Below, piece after piece: positions 43,637 to 53,131 of a DNA stretch of 64,000 nt (position 1 is its first letter; each line of letters starts with the position of its first letter). The notes under the pieces were generated by a model, which saw nothing but the letters and a program-made list of their open reading frames with translations, was not told where the DNA came from and made no database searches. The position numbers were made by a program, and so were the translations under genes. The stretch comes from an uncultured virus (IMG/VR IMGVR_UViG_3300034378_000239) (Duplodnaviria; Heunggongvirae; Uroviricota; Caudoviricetes), in the IMG/VR virus record IMGVR_UViG_3300034378_000239; one strand, written 5' to 3'.

Positions 43637-45307
43637 TTATTCGGGCCCCTCGACGAGATGACCATCACGAATGAGCACGGTCTGGCTGTCCCTACGCACG
43701 ACCGGCTCCTCTTTCGGCTCTTTTGGCTCCTCTTTTGGAGGAGGAGATGGAGCAGCCAGCGGTGGGGTCGGCATGGGAGCGGGGGGAGGCTCGGCCTTCC
43801 TCCCGGGCTTTCGCTCTATTTTGACTCCCCTCGCGCGTACGGCATGAAACCTGGCGAGCTCGGCGCGGGTCACGTTCGGGTCGGGGCCGTCGGGCCTGAG
43901 CATGTCCTCGTCCTTCCACCTGCGCCAGAACAACTGATTGTCCGCCTTGGCGTTTTGGTTGTTGAGGGACCGAAGCCCGTCGTTCACGCGAAGGTCGCTC
44001 CACCTCGAGCCCTCGGGCCGAAGGACCCGAAGGCCGAGCTTGTGAACCCAACACGAAAGCTCGGTGTCCGCACCGTAGGTGTGATAGCACGGCGACCACA
44101 GGCCGCCCGTGATCTCGATGATCGCCTCGGCCAGCGTGCGCGTCACGATCCCGAGGTTGGCGAAGGGCTTTCCGTGCACGTGCTCGAGCGACATGTTGGT
44201 GTTGTCGCGCACGTTGAACGGGCACGCGACCTGGCCCACGCCGGGCTCGTACAGCGCGGACACGGCCCGGGCCATGGCGTCTTTATCGACCGCGACCACG
44301 TCATCGTTCCAGTACGCGACCGCGTGGCCGCGCGAGACGTGAAACCCCTTGTTGAAGGCCTTGACCGCGCCCTCGCGCACGCGCTCGCCCAAAAGCACCA
44401 CGTCGGGCTGGGCGGCGAGCCATTCGCGCGAGCCGTCGGTCGAGCCAGCGTCGCAAACCACCAGCTCGTACGAAAGGCCGCCCATGGTCTGGCGCAGGCT
44501 CGCGATGCAGCGCGTGAGGTGCCAGATCCGGTTGTAGGTCCCGAAGATCACGCTGAGATCGGGAGTACGGGGGCTTTCTGGGACGGTCATTGTTGCTCCC
44601 ACTAGGGTCTTGGCGAACTCGAAGAGCTCCAGATCCGGGCGCAGAAGCTTTTCGAGCCGGGCCTTGAGCCTGCCTTCGGGCACAAAGGGTGATAACAAGC
44701 GCGGCAGAAGCGGCGGCATTCTGGGCCACGAAAACCTCTCCTTGCAGCACGCGAGCATGGCTTTTAAATCGTCGGAAAAGCCGATCGCGGTGAAGTGGGT
44801 CGCGAGGTGGTGCTTGGCCTGCTCGATGCTCTTCTTGGTCGGGCGACCTCCTTTGAGCAGGCGGTCGTCGCCCGCAAGGTAGCGCGTGAGCACGTTGAGC
44901 ATGCGCGGGTCGGGGTCGCGGAGCCACTTCTTTACGGCCGCGGGGCGTTCGGCGTCCGGCGTCTTGCCCACGACCACGTTCATGAGCATCTCGATCGGGT
45001 GGCCGAGGAGCGTCACGTAGCGCATACGCCTTTGGAGCCTGCGCTCGAGACCGAGGGGCATGTGGCCGTAGATCACGCGAAACAGGTGCTGTTCGAAGTA
45101 GGTGTGGGCCCGGTACTTCTTCACCGCCTCGTCGAGCGTGCATGCCCCGAGCGCCTTGGCCTTGCCGCCGCCGTACGCTGCATCGAGGGCCGCCGCCATG
45201 GAGTCGCTGTCAGTGCCGGGGAACGTCAAAAAGCACAGGATCGGCTCGTAGCACTCCTCGGGCATCTGATGCAGCCGCAGCGGCGGCACCAGGGCCTTGG
45301 CAGCCAC
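43637..45307 (-). CDS. degenerate sulfotransferase-like domain fused to GT2 glycosyltransferase
   Basis: AAGGAGGAG RBS + GTG; FLTFPGT, IYGHM, YVTLL.HP.E, DLELFEFAK; then SVIFGTYNR, VCDAGSTDGS, WNDDV. Confidence 0.8.
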   Translation of the reverse strand: MAAKALVPPLRLHQMPEECYEPILCFLTFPGTDSDSMAAALDAAYGGGKAKALGACTLDEAVKKYRAHTYFEQHLFRVIYGHMPLGLERRLQRRMRYVTLLGHPIEMLMNVVVGKTPDAERPAAVKKWLRDPDPRMLNVLTRYLAGDDRLLKGGRPTKKSIEQAKHHLATHFTAIGFSDDLKAMLACCKERFSWPRMPPLLPRLLSPFVPEGRLKARLEKLLRPDLELFEFAKTLVGATMTVPESPRTPDLSVIFGTYNRIWHLTRCIASLRQTMGGLSYELVVCDAGSTDGSREWLAAQPDVVLLGERVREGAVKAFNKGFHVSRGHAVAYWNDDVVAVDKDAMARAVSALYEPGVGQVACPFNVRDNTNMSLEHVHGKPFANLGIVTRTLAEAIIEITGGLWSPCYHTYGADTELSCWVHKLGLRVLRPEGSRWSDLRVNDGLRSLNNQNAKADNQLFWRRWKDEDMLRPDGPDPNVTRAELARFHAVRARGVKIERKPGRKAEPPPAPMPTPPLAAPSPPPKEEPKEPKEEPVVRRDSQTVLIRDGHLVEGPE

Positions 45308-45345
45308 CCGCTCCTCCTTGTGCCACCAGCGGCTGCGAAGGCCCA

Positions 45346-45744
45346 CTAACCCGCCTTCGCTTCCTCGGCCTCCTGTTCGTCGCTCGCTTCCTCTTTTCCG
45401 ACCGCAGCATGAAGCGCTCCGAGCACCTTGACCGACACTCCCTCCATCCAAAGCGCTGCCACGCACGTCTCGCACAGCGCGAATTCGTCGGTATCGAGCT
45501 CGATCCCCAGATCCGAGCTCTCGAGGCGCGCACAGAGCCGGCTTCTCTTGAGGAGCACGTCCGGCGGCTCGGTCTGCCTGCGACCGCCGCCGCCCTGGAT
45601 CAGCTCGCCGAGCTGCGCCTCGGAAAGCGCCTGCAGAAGAAACGAGCGCAGGTTGCGGGGGCGGTTGTTCTGACCGGGTCGATCGTCGATGCCGACCGGG
45701 TCGCCGTTCCATTGCTTGGGAATGTCCGTTAGCCGAAGCTGCAT
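45346..45744 (-). CDS. hypothetical protein
   Basis: GGAGAG RBS; protein-like composition. Confidence 0.55.
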   Translation of the reverse strand: MQLRLTDIPKQWNGDPVGIDDRPGQNNRPRNLRSFLLQALSEAQLGELIQGGGGRRQTEPPDVLLKRSRLCARLESSDLGIELDTDEFALCETCVAALWMEGVSVKVLGALHAAVGKEEASDEQEAEEAKAG

Positions 45745-45818
45745 CTCTCCGATTCCTCCGTGGGGGATCCGGAGTGTCCCAAAAAAACGGCCCGGGTGTC
45801 AACGAAGGCGCGGCGTCG

Positions 45819-46121
45819 CTACCACTCGCAGCTCCCCGTTACATCATCGCCGCAATAGTACGAAGACTGGCCGATCGCCGCCCCCGAGGGCCAGATCACC
45901 GCGCACGTATAGGTCGACGTGGCGGCGCAAAGCGCCTCGTACTTGCGGACGCGTCGCCTGTGCCACCATCGGCGCAGGCGTCCCACGCGTCCGACCATAG
46001 ACCTGTGATAGTACGCCCACAGGCAAGGCCTGTGCTCCCTCTCGACGCGCTCATCCTCGATGCGCTCGCCGATGACTCCGGCCAGCTCCAGAACGGCGTC
46101 GATGAGCGCCCCGGTATTCAC
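45819..46121 (-). CDS. hypothetical protein
   Basis: GTGA overlap with the upstream gene. Confidence 0.45.
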   Translation of the reverse strand: MNTGALIDAVLELAGVIGERIEDERVEREHRPCLWAYYHRSMVGRVGRLRRWWHRRRVRKYEALCAATSTYTCAVIWPSGAAIGQSSYYCGDDVTGSCEW

Positions 46122-46330
46122 GCTCGCGGCCTTTCTTCGGATGGCCGCGGCGCGCTGGCGAGCGCGCTACGGCGAACCTCGATGTGCTCCAGTGAATCCA
46201 CGCGCTTTTCGATGCCTTCCACGTAGGTCCGAAGGTCGCGCAGCTTGCCGCGCAGGTCAATCCAGACCCACAAAAGCAGCGCGGTGGCCGAACCATCGAG
46301 CGCCGGTGAGAGAGCGTCTCCGAGTTCCAT
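46118..46330 (-). CDS. small TM + coiled-coil protein (holin-like candidate)
   Basis: ATALLLWVWI followed by heptads; AGGAGA RBS. Confidence 0.5.
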   Translation of the reverse strand: MELGDALSPALDGSATALLLWVWIDLRGKLRDLRTYVEGIEKRVDSLEHIEVRRSALASAPRPSEERPRA

Positions 46331-46338
46331 GGGGTCTC

Positions 46339-46917
46339 CTAGGTGCTCGTGTCGAACTTCCACTGCAGGGTGACGTACACGTTCGATGGTGCGTTTGTGG
46401 GGTCTACCGAGACCGCGAGGCGCTGGCCGGCGGAAAAAGTCGCGCCCGAGAACACGAACTTGTACGAGGTATCATCAAGAAGCCCGGTCTCGGTCTTGCT
46501 CGCGGTTGGGGTTGTGTTGCCGTCAAGGTGGAGCCCAATCGTGGTGTTGCCGGGGTTGCCGGAAAGGACGTGGTAGTACGCCGCGACCAGCTCCCCGTCG
46601 TGAGGAGCGATGAACTCGTGGTCGCGCCCGATGCTCCCTCCCCACTCGCTAGCACCAGTACCGATCCATCCGACGTAGTGCTTGGTAGAACCAGGAGCGC
46701 TGTCGAAGTGGACCGAGTACCAATACGCGTCCGTTACCGAGGGGTTGACGAGGTCGTGATCGACGCCGGCGTCATCGGTAAACTGCGCTGTGCTCGGCGC
46801 ATCGTCCTTGACCCAGTATTTTCCAAAGCCAGCGCCGGGCGCACCACCGGGCACAGAAGACGCCTCGGTGAACTGTACGGCGCCTGTCACGTAGATGATG
46901 TGGAATCGTTCGGCCAT
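46339..46917 (-). CDS. beta-rich virion/spike-like protein
   Basis: TAATG-coupled to the fibre gene; ends TFSAGQRLAVSV....VYVTLQW. Confidence 0.65.
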   Translation of the reverse strand: MAERFHIIYVTGAVQFTEASSVPGGAPGAGFGKYWVKDDAPSTAQFTDDAGVDHDLVNPSVTDAYWYSVHFDSAPGSTKHYVGWIGTGASEWGGSIGRDHEFIAPHDGELVAAYYHVLSGNPGNTTIGLHLDGNTTPTASKTETGLLDDTSYKFVFSGATFSAGQRLAVSVDPTNAPSNVYVTLQWKFDTST

Positions 46918-49331
46918 TACTCGATCTCCACGCGCCAGTCGGATGCAGTCTCTTTGATCACGGTGTACGTGGTCGGAGCACCGACCATCGTGAAAGGTGC
47001 GGCCCCCCCGTTCACGGTATCACCGCCGGTCGTGTCGAATCTCACGCTGCCAGCACGGGCGACGCTGATCCGGATCCTGTATTTCCAACCGATCGCGCCG
47101 GTCGGCGCCGTGAGGTCGTTGTTCCCGGCGGCCGGCTCCTCGACGATGATGTACTCCTCGTTATCGAGCGCGGAAGAGGCGTCGCCGACATTGAGGACGC
47201 CGACGACGTGGTGGCCCGAATACGTCCGCTGGAAAAAGGAGGAACTCGTACCGAGGTCCCGCCCCATGGTGCCTTCGGGCCTAAACGCGAGGACCTCAAA
47301 GTGATAGCGCGGGTTGTTATTCGAATAATAGATGGCTTTGTCGCCGGAGCAGTCCAGGTAAAAGAAGTTGTCGAGGGCCCCCGAGACGTTGGTTGCTCCG
47401 ATCCTGGCGAACCGCTGGGTGCAAACCGTGATGCCATGGTTATCGGTGGCGAGGTCCCCGAACACGCCGTCGTCCGCGTTGGCGTTCGCATCCGTAATCG
47501 CCGCCGCGCCAGCCTTGAGCCGTGCCGGCATGAGCCAGTCGCCCGTAGCGCCGTCGTACGTCGTGGTGTTGGGGCCGTTGACCGTGAACGTGATGTCACC
47601 GTCGGTCCCACCACCTGTGCGGTCGCCAGCAGTGAGCGCGATGTTTCCGCCGTTGGCGTTTCCTCCGGCGCCCGCGTCACCGGCGTTTATCGCCACGCTG
47701 CCGCCCGCGCCACCAGTCCCCGCGGCCGCGTCCCCTCCGGGCCGCGCGGTTAGGGTCAGGTTTCCGCCCGCGCCGCCAATGGCATCGGCCGGCGTATCTC
47801 CGCCATCTCCGGATTCGATGAGGACCGAACCGCCCGCGCCGCCGTTGGCGTTCGTGGAGTTGCCTCCGTCACCTGCAATGGCCGAAAGTGCACCGCCCGC
47901 GCCGCCCGCGAACACGCCCGCCGTGTTGTTGCCCCCGTCGCCCGCGGTTATGGCCGTCGCGCCCCCGCTTCCCCCGATGGAGTTGTTCGACGTGGCGCCG
48001 TCTCCGGCGTGCACGTCCATCGCGCCCCCGTTTCCAGCCTGCGTGGCGCCTGCGCCGGCGAGGAGCTGTGTCGCGCCCCCGTTTCCGCCCGTGGTGCTAC
48101 CCACACCGCCGTTTCCGGCAACCAGATCGAGAGGACCGCCGTTGCCGCCGGTGACGGCGCCTCCGCCACCGCCAGTACCGCTCGCGATGTCCACTCCCCC
48201 CCCCGTCCCGCCGACGCTCGCGCCACCGCCCGTGCTTGCTCCACCGACACCCGCAGCTACGGTACATGTTCCGCCACCTCCGCCGGTCGCACCGGCGAAG
48301 CTCGTCGCGCCACCCGCGCCGCAATCGAGGTTGGCGTCGCTACCGACGCCCCCGTTCCCCGTGGTGCTTGCTCCGCCGGCTACGCCAGTGAGATCGATGT
48401 CGCCCGCGTTTCCACCCGCGCCCGGCGTCCCGATCGTGAGCGTCAACGTGCCGCTTGCTGCCCCCGCATTCGCGCTCGGGCCGGTCGTGAGCGTGATCGT
48501 GCCTCCGCCTATGGCGCCGCCAGCACCAGCGGCCCCAGCGTCGATCGCAACCGCGCCAGCTGCACCGCCTGTCGCGCCGCTTCCTCCAGCGCCCGCGGCG
48601 AGCGTCAGCGCACCACCTGCTCCTCCTGTGCTTGCACCACCTCCCGTGGCGTTTCCACCGCCCAGCGCCCCGATTTGGACCCCACCTCCCGCCCCGCCTG
48701 TTCCACCTGCCGCAGACGAGGCCCCCCCGGTCCCGGAAGTGAGGGTAATCCCTCCTCCGGCCCCGCCCAGCGCAGTCCCAGCCCCGCCCGCGCCGCAAGC
48801 GACCTGGAACGGGCCGCTTGCTCCCCCTGTCGCGCCCGTGCCCCCTGCTCCCGAAACGAACTGGACACCGCCTCCTTGACCTCCCGTGCTGGCGCCCCCC
48901 CCGGTCGAGTTGCCTCCGGCGCCGGGTGCCACGAGCGCGTTCCCCCCGCGACCACCGGTGGACCCCGCGTTCGATGTCGCGCCCCCGTTCCCGGTGATGA
49001 GAAGATAGTCGCTGCCGGTACCGCCGTTTGCAGTCGTGCTCGCGCCGCCGGCCGCACCGGTCAGCACGAGATCCCCGGCGTTCGAATCCGTTCCGGTCGC
49101 CCCGATGGTGAGCGTGAGGTTTCCGCTCGACGAGCCCGCATTCGTGGTGGCGCCCGACACCAGCGGCAACACGCCACCAGCGCCCGTCGTGCTGTCCTCG
49201 CCGCGGATCGTGTCTCCCGAAGTGATGACGGGATCCGTGCCGCCGGACACGTTCCCGTTGTTGAGGGTCTGCGCCCAAGTCTGGTTTCCGAGCGGGATCC
49301 CGGAGACGTGTTGTATTCCGCAGCCGCCCAT
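46917..49331 (-). CDS. Gly-rich repetitive fibre/spike protein
   Basis: Many GG.V.I.AG.GG repeats; non-repetitive C-terminal head. Confidence 0.8.
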   Translation of the reverse strand: MGGCGIQHVSGIPLGNQTWAQTLNNGNVSGGTDPVITSGDTIRGEDSTTGAGGVLPLVSGATTNAGSSSGNLTLTIGATGTDSNAGDLVLTGAAGGASTTANGGTGSDYLLITGNGGATSNAGSTGGRGGNALVAPGAGGNSTGGGASTGGQGGGVQFVSGAGGTGATGGASGPFQVACGAGGAGTALGGAGGGITLTSGTGGASSAAGGTGGAGGGVQIGALGGGNATGGGASTGGAGGALTLAAGAGGSGATGGAAGAVAIDAGAAGAGGAIGGGTITLTTGPSANAGAASGTLTLTIGTPGAGGNAGDIDLTGVAGGASTTGNGGVGSDANLDCGAGGATSFAGATGGGGGTCTVAAGVGGASTGGGASVGGTGGGVDIASGTGGGGGAVTGGNGGPLDLVAGNGGVGSTTGGNGGATQLLAGAGATQAGNGGAMDVHAGDGATSNNSIGGSGGATAITAGDGGNNTAGVFAGGAGGALSAIAGDGGNSTNANGGAGGSVLIESGDGGDTPADAIGGAGGNLTLTARPGGDAAAGTGGAGGSVAINAGDAGAGGNANGGNIALTAGDRTGGGTDGDITFTVNGPNTTTYDGATGDWLMPARLKAGAAAITDANANADDGVFGDLATDNHGITVCTQRFARIGATNVSGALDNFFYLDCSGDKAIYYSNNNPRYHFEVLAFRPEGTMGRDLGTSSSFFQRTYSGHHVVGVLNVGDASSALDNEEYIIVEEPAAGNNDLTAPTGAIGWKYRIRISVARAGSVRFDTTGGDTVNGGAAPFTMVGAPTTYTVIKETASDWRVEIE

Positions 49332-49346
49332 TTACAACTTCCTTTC

Positions 49347-49778
49347 CTACTCGGGGAAGTCGCCCACGGCCCAGAAAACCTCGTATTCGAGATACCAGTC
49401 CATCACCTGGTTCGTGTAGTCCTCGCTGTTCGGGACTCCCGTGACCACGAAGTTCACGCCGCCGGCCGTTGCGGCAACGGTCCCCGCCGCGGGCGTCAGG
49501 CTCACTCCGGATCCTATGTACCTGGTCACGATTGCGACCGCGCCCAAAAGGCCGTTCGCGCCCTCGCGAATGAGGTCACACTCGTTGACCTGAGACACGG
49601 CCCAGGCTTGGGCCGCGACCGGAAGCCCACGGGCGGTGCCCTGAAAGTGGCAGTTCTTGACGACCACGCCCACCCCCTGCGGGATCAGAAGCGTGTCGAT
49701 GACCACCGCCTGGTTCGCGGTCGTGGTCGCCTCGCTGCGTACGTAGTGCTTTTTTCTGTAGCTTGCTGCGACTGGCAT
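49347..49778 (-). CDS. beta-rich putative virion protein
   Basis: AGGAGA RBS; structural-module context. Confidence 0.65.
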   Translation of the reverse strand: MPVAASYRKKHYVRSEATTTANQAVVIDTLLIPQGVGVVVKNCHFQGTARGLPVAAQAWAVSQVNECDLIREGANGLLGAVAIVTRYIGSGVSLTPAAGTVAATAGGVNFVVTGVPNSEDYTNQVMDWYLEYEVFWAVGDFPE

Positions 49779-49788
49779 CTCGTCTCCT

Positions 49789-50160
49789 CTAGCTCGGCAG
49801 CTCGATCGGGACGAGCTGCACGTTCACCACGAGCGTGCCCGTGGCCGCCTTGCCCACGGTGGTGAAGCGCAGCTCCCACGCTGCCGTCGCCGTTCGCGGC
49901 ACGGGGATCCTGCAGCCCAAGTCGCCGAAGCCCGTCTCGGCCGTCTCGTTTATGATGTCCAGCCTCTCGGTCGCCGCGCCGCCGGGAAACTGAAGCCAGC
50001 AGTGAAAATCGTGGGCCGCACCGTCGTTCGCGTAACCGATGTTGTATATGATGAACGTGTCGTTCATCCGGGCCGACAGATCGATCCCGACCTGGGCCTC
50101 GAAATCGATGGTGGTATTGAACTGAACCGCGCCGGCTACTGTTGCGATCAGGCTGGTCAT
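49789..50160 (-). CDS. beta-rich putative virion protein (jelly-roll-like size)
   Basis: Alternating beta-strand pattern; ends WELRFTT.....TLVVNVQL. Confidence 0.6.
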   Translation of the reverse strand: MTSLIATVAGAVQFNTTIDFEAQVGIDLSARMNDTFIIYNIGYANDGAAHDFHCWLQFPGGAATERLDIINETAETGFGDLGCRIPVPRTATAAWELRFTTVGKAATGTLVVNVQLVPIELPS

Positions 50161-50180
50161 GGCGTTTCGCCCTCGTTACC

Positions 50181-50915
50181 CTAGGGGCCCACTTCTCCGC
50201 CCGGTGTTCTTCTGGCGCCGTGAAGGCCGCCCCTTCGGCCCGGCGTGCCCCGAAGCTCTCCCTCCCTCAGTTCCGGGCCGAGCTCGCGCTCGAGCTCGGC
50301 GAAGAGAGCCTCACCGGCGGCGTCTTGGGTCGCAAAGTCCCTCTTGCCGCCGCCGCCCGCGGGCGAGCGGTAGACGTAAAAGAAGCTTCCGGCCGGAGTC
50401 TCGTAGATCCGCCACTCGGCCAGAGCCTTTCGCCCCTCGTACAGATCCGTATCCACGACGTGGTTCGTGGTCGTGATCCCCCAGTCGTCCTTGCGAATGG
50501 TCGGATCATCGGGCGGCTCGGGCTCGGGCTCGTCTTCGGGGATCTCGGAAAGCGGCTCGCCGGTTTCGGGATGGACCTCGGGCCCGAGCTCGTGCTGAAG
50601 CTCGGCCCAGAGCGCCTCGCCGGCCTCGTCCTGCTCGGGAAAGCCACTGCCCCCGCCGTCCTTTTCGGCCGTACGCCACTCGAACAGGAAGTAGCCCTCG
50701 GGGTCCTCGTAGATCCGCCAGCGCGCCTCACCGAGCTGCCCGACATAGGTCCCGGAGTCCGCGAGCGTGTTGTTCTCGGAGATCCCCCAGTCGTCCTCGC
50801 CGGTGACATCTTCGTCTTCGACCCTGACGTCGCGTTTCTTCTTGGTCATCGCGATCGCCGCGATCGCGCCGAGACCGACGAGCAGAAAGAAAGCTGGTCC
50901 CATGACGGAGCTCAC
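50181..50915 (-). CDS. membrane-anchored protein with a tandem-duplicated ~73-aa domain
   Basis: N-terminal TM + KKKR; DDWGI...WRIYE.P.G.F...GGG...F..QD.AGEAL.AEL..ELGPE twice. Confidence 0.75.
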   Translation of the reverse strand: MSSVMGPAFFLLVGLGAIAAIAMTKKKRDVRVEDEDVTGEDDWGISENNTLADSGTYVGQLGEARWRIYEDPEGYFLFEWRTAEKDGGGSGFPEQDEAGEALWAELQHELGPEVHPETGEPLSEIPEDEPEPEPPDDPTIRKDDWGITTTNHVVDTDLYEGRKALAEWRIYETPAGSFFYVYRSPAGGGGKRDFATQDAAGEALFAELERELGPELREGELRGTPGRRGGLHGARRTPGGEVGP

Positions 50916-50919
50916 CTTT

Positions 50920-51315
50920 CTACGGGGACGGGGTGTAGCGTACGAGGACCTCGCGGCCCTCGGGGCGACCGAGCAGCGTGAACTGCAGCCTGACCATCCA
51001 CGGCCCGGGCTGATCGGTGGCGACCAGCGTGTACGTCACCACGCCCCGGTCGGCGATCACCCCGATGTCGAGCATGTCCGGGAGCGGATACGGGCACCCT
51101 TCCTGCGGACAGCGCACCAGGAGGCCCCACTGCTCGCGCACCCCGGAAAGCACGACCTCGACCGCATCCCCCGCCCGGAGGCTGACCTCTTGCTCGGTCG
51201 TGCGCAGGTCCTCGTAGTGGATCTGGTGGGTCTTCGGCCCCTTGTCCTCTTTCTTCGCCCCCCGAAGAACGAGGAAGGCCACGGCTGCGATTGCAAAGAG
51301 TGTGATTGGTTCCAT
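50920..51315 (-). CDS. N-terminally membrane-anchored beta-rich protein
   Basis: MEPITLFAIAAVAFLVLRGAKK. Confidence 0.7.
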   Translation of the reverse strand: MEPITLFAIAAVAFLVLRGAKKEDKGPKTHQIHYEDLRTTEQEVSLRAGDAVEVVLSGVREQWGLLVRCPQEGCPYPLPDMLDIGVIADRGVVTYTLVATDQPGPWMVRLQFTLLGRPEGREVLVRYTPSP

Positions 51316-51346
51316 CTTGTCTTTCTCCGTAGTTCTCCGAGGCGTC

Positions 51347-51775
51347 CTAGCCTCCGGGCACGCGCCACGTCATCGAGCACTCGCGTACGAGCTTTCTCCC
51401 TTTTTTGACCCAGCGACACCTCGAGCCGTGCGCGCACTCCCAGAAGCCGCCTGGAAAAATGCAGCAAAGGCGTCCCCTGTAGTAGAAGCAGTAACTCCCC
51501 GACCTCGGCCGCCTGTCTCCACCGAGGCCCGTGGCCGCGGCGGGCGAGGCCCCCGCTCGCGCCGAGGTCATGAGCCCGATCCGGTAGCGCTGAAGCGCGG
51601 CACCAAGACCGTGCCGGTCGCGCCCGTTCATCCTCGCGCCCGTACGCGCGAGCACGAACGGATCGCGAATGTCCGAGACGCACTTTTCCGCCACGCACAC
51701 CTGATGCGGCGCGCAATCGCGCGAGACTCTGCACGCCTTGCCCCTTCCCAGGCTCTTCGCTCTTGCTCGCTTCAT
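51347..51775 (-). CDS. Cys-rich protein with RDRHGLGAALQR motif
   Basis: EB-like C.VSRDC....VC....C module; motif shared with the 22.4-23.8 kb genes. Confidence 0.65.
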   Translation of the reverse strand: MKRARAKSLGRGKACRVSRDCAPHQVCVAEKCVSDIRDPFVLARTGARMNGRDRHGLGAALQRYRIGLMTSARAGASPAAATGLGGDRRPRSGSYCFYYRGRLCCIFPGGFWECAHGSRCRWVKKGRKLVRECSMTWRVPGG

Positions 51776-51784
51776 GATTTCTCC

Positions 51785-52669
51785 TCACGAAAGCACGGCC
51801 AGCACCTCGGGGGGCGGCTCGGTCTTGGGCCGTCCGTCGGCCCAGTTCCCATCGGGGCACACGAGCGTCCCCTCCATGACGCGCGCGACCGGAAACCAGA
51901 AAAGCCCGTAGCTGTTCGCGCCGGGAACGCCCAGACTGCTCCCCGCCTTGGTGTAATCGATCGTACGGTCGGGAAAGCGCCCCGCGTACATCTCGGCGAG
52001 CGCGTTTTCGTGCCGGGGCAAAAAGGCCTTCGACACGACCTGAAGGCCCTCGTCGGTCTGGACCGCGGTGTAGCGCGGAAACAGCTTGTTTTCGGGATCC
52101 CAGGGCGTGCCGTAGTACGTGAGGTTCCATTCGGATCCGGTCACACATCGGATCGCCGGCGCATTGAGGGGGTCGCCGCTTCGCGTTCCGAGCGCGCTCC
52201 TCACCAGCGCGGTGATGTTGTCGCCCTTTATGATCTGATAGAACGTGCCCCAGCGGGGGCGCCTCGGCTTGGCCACGTACGGCTTTATGACCTCGCCGGG
52301 GCTTTTGGGCTCGGGGCACGCGCCCTCGGGTAGCGCATCGAGGCGCTCGCGCACGCGGTCCTCGAGCTCGTCCCAGATGCACTGGACCGCCTCGTTCGCG
52401 CCCATCGGCGGCACCCAGGGCGGCGACTTCGGCCAGCCGATCGCGGTGCCGTCGGGAAGCTTGGGGTAAACGACGTCGGCGGTGGCCGCGGTCAGCTCGC
52501 CGATCGTGCAGATCCCGGCCTCGATGCCCGCGCTTATCGCCTGATCGATCTCCTCCTCGAGCCACTCGAACGGCGGACAGATCTCTCCTGGCGGCGCCTT
52601 CTTTTTCTTGCCCAGAAGCAGCATCAAAAGGATTGTGCCAATCGGCAGAGCTTCAGGTCCAATGGGCAT
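51785..52669 (-). CDS. membrane-anchored protein with LysM-like motif
   Basis: ILLMLLLGKKKK; FYQIIKGDNITALV. Confidence 0.65.
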   Translation of the reverse strand: MPIGPEALPIGTILLMLLLGKKKKAPPGEICPPFEWLEEEIDQAISAGIEAGICTIGELTAATADVVYPKLPDGTAIGWPKSPPWVPPMGANEAVQCIWDELEDRVRERLDALPEGACPEPKSPGEVIKPYVAKPRRPRWGTFYQIIKGDNITALVRSALGTRSGDPLNAPAIRCVTGSEWNLTYYGTPWDPENKLFPRYTAVQTDEGLQVVSKAFLPRHENALAEMYAGRFPDRTIDYTKAGSSLGVPGANSYGLFWFPVARVMEGTLVCPDGNWADGRPKTEPPPEVLAVLS

Positions 52670-52708
52670 CGTCTTTTCCTTTCCCTTTATTCCTCTTGCT
52701 CGTTTTGC

Positions 52709-53131
52709 TCATGAGAGCCACGCTCCCGCCTCCGGATCGAACACGCGACCCGTGCTCGTGTGGACGGTCGTGTGGAAGATCCCCCGGTCATTGGTGGTGA
52801 CCTCGACGCTTGCGCCCGGATCGCCGTACTTCTCGCGCAAAAGCGCACAAAGAGCGGACGCGATGTCGATGCACGTGCCTTGCCGGGACGCGAGGAGCCT
52901 GACGATCCCCTTGACCGGCTGGCAGCCGCGCACTCCCTTTGTCGACCGACAGGAAGGCGGCGGAATGTAGCGCACACCATCGAGGTCGGCCGCGAAAAAT
53001 CCCGGATCGCCGCGGATCTCGAGCACGTTCATTTGCACGAGCATCTCGCACAGGATCGTCAAAATCGCGACCTCGTGCTCGTCGTCGTCGTCGAGCGCGG
53101 TGTAGCGCAGCCTGATCTCGCGCGTGGGCAT
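52709..53131 (-). CDS. transglutaminase-like cysteine protease candidate
   Basis: GTCIDIASALCA...FHTTV....GRVFDP (Cys-His-Asp order); TGATG coupling. Confidence 0.7.
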   Translation of the reverse strand: MPTREIRLRYTALDDDDEHEVAILTILCEMLVQMNVLEIRGDPGFFAADLDGVRYIPPPSCRSTKGVRGCQPVKGIVRLLASRQGTCIDIASALCALLREKYGDPGASVEVTTNDRGIFHTTVHTSTGRVFDPEAGAWLS

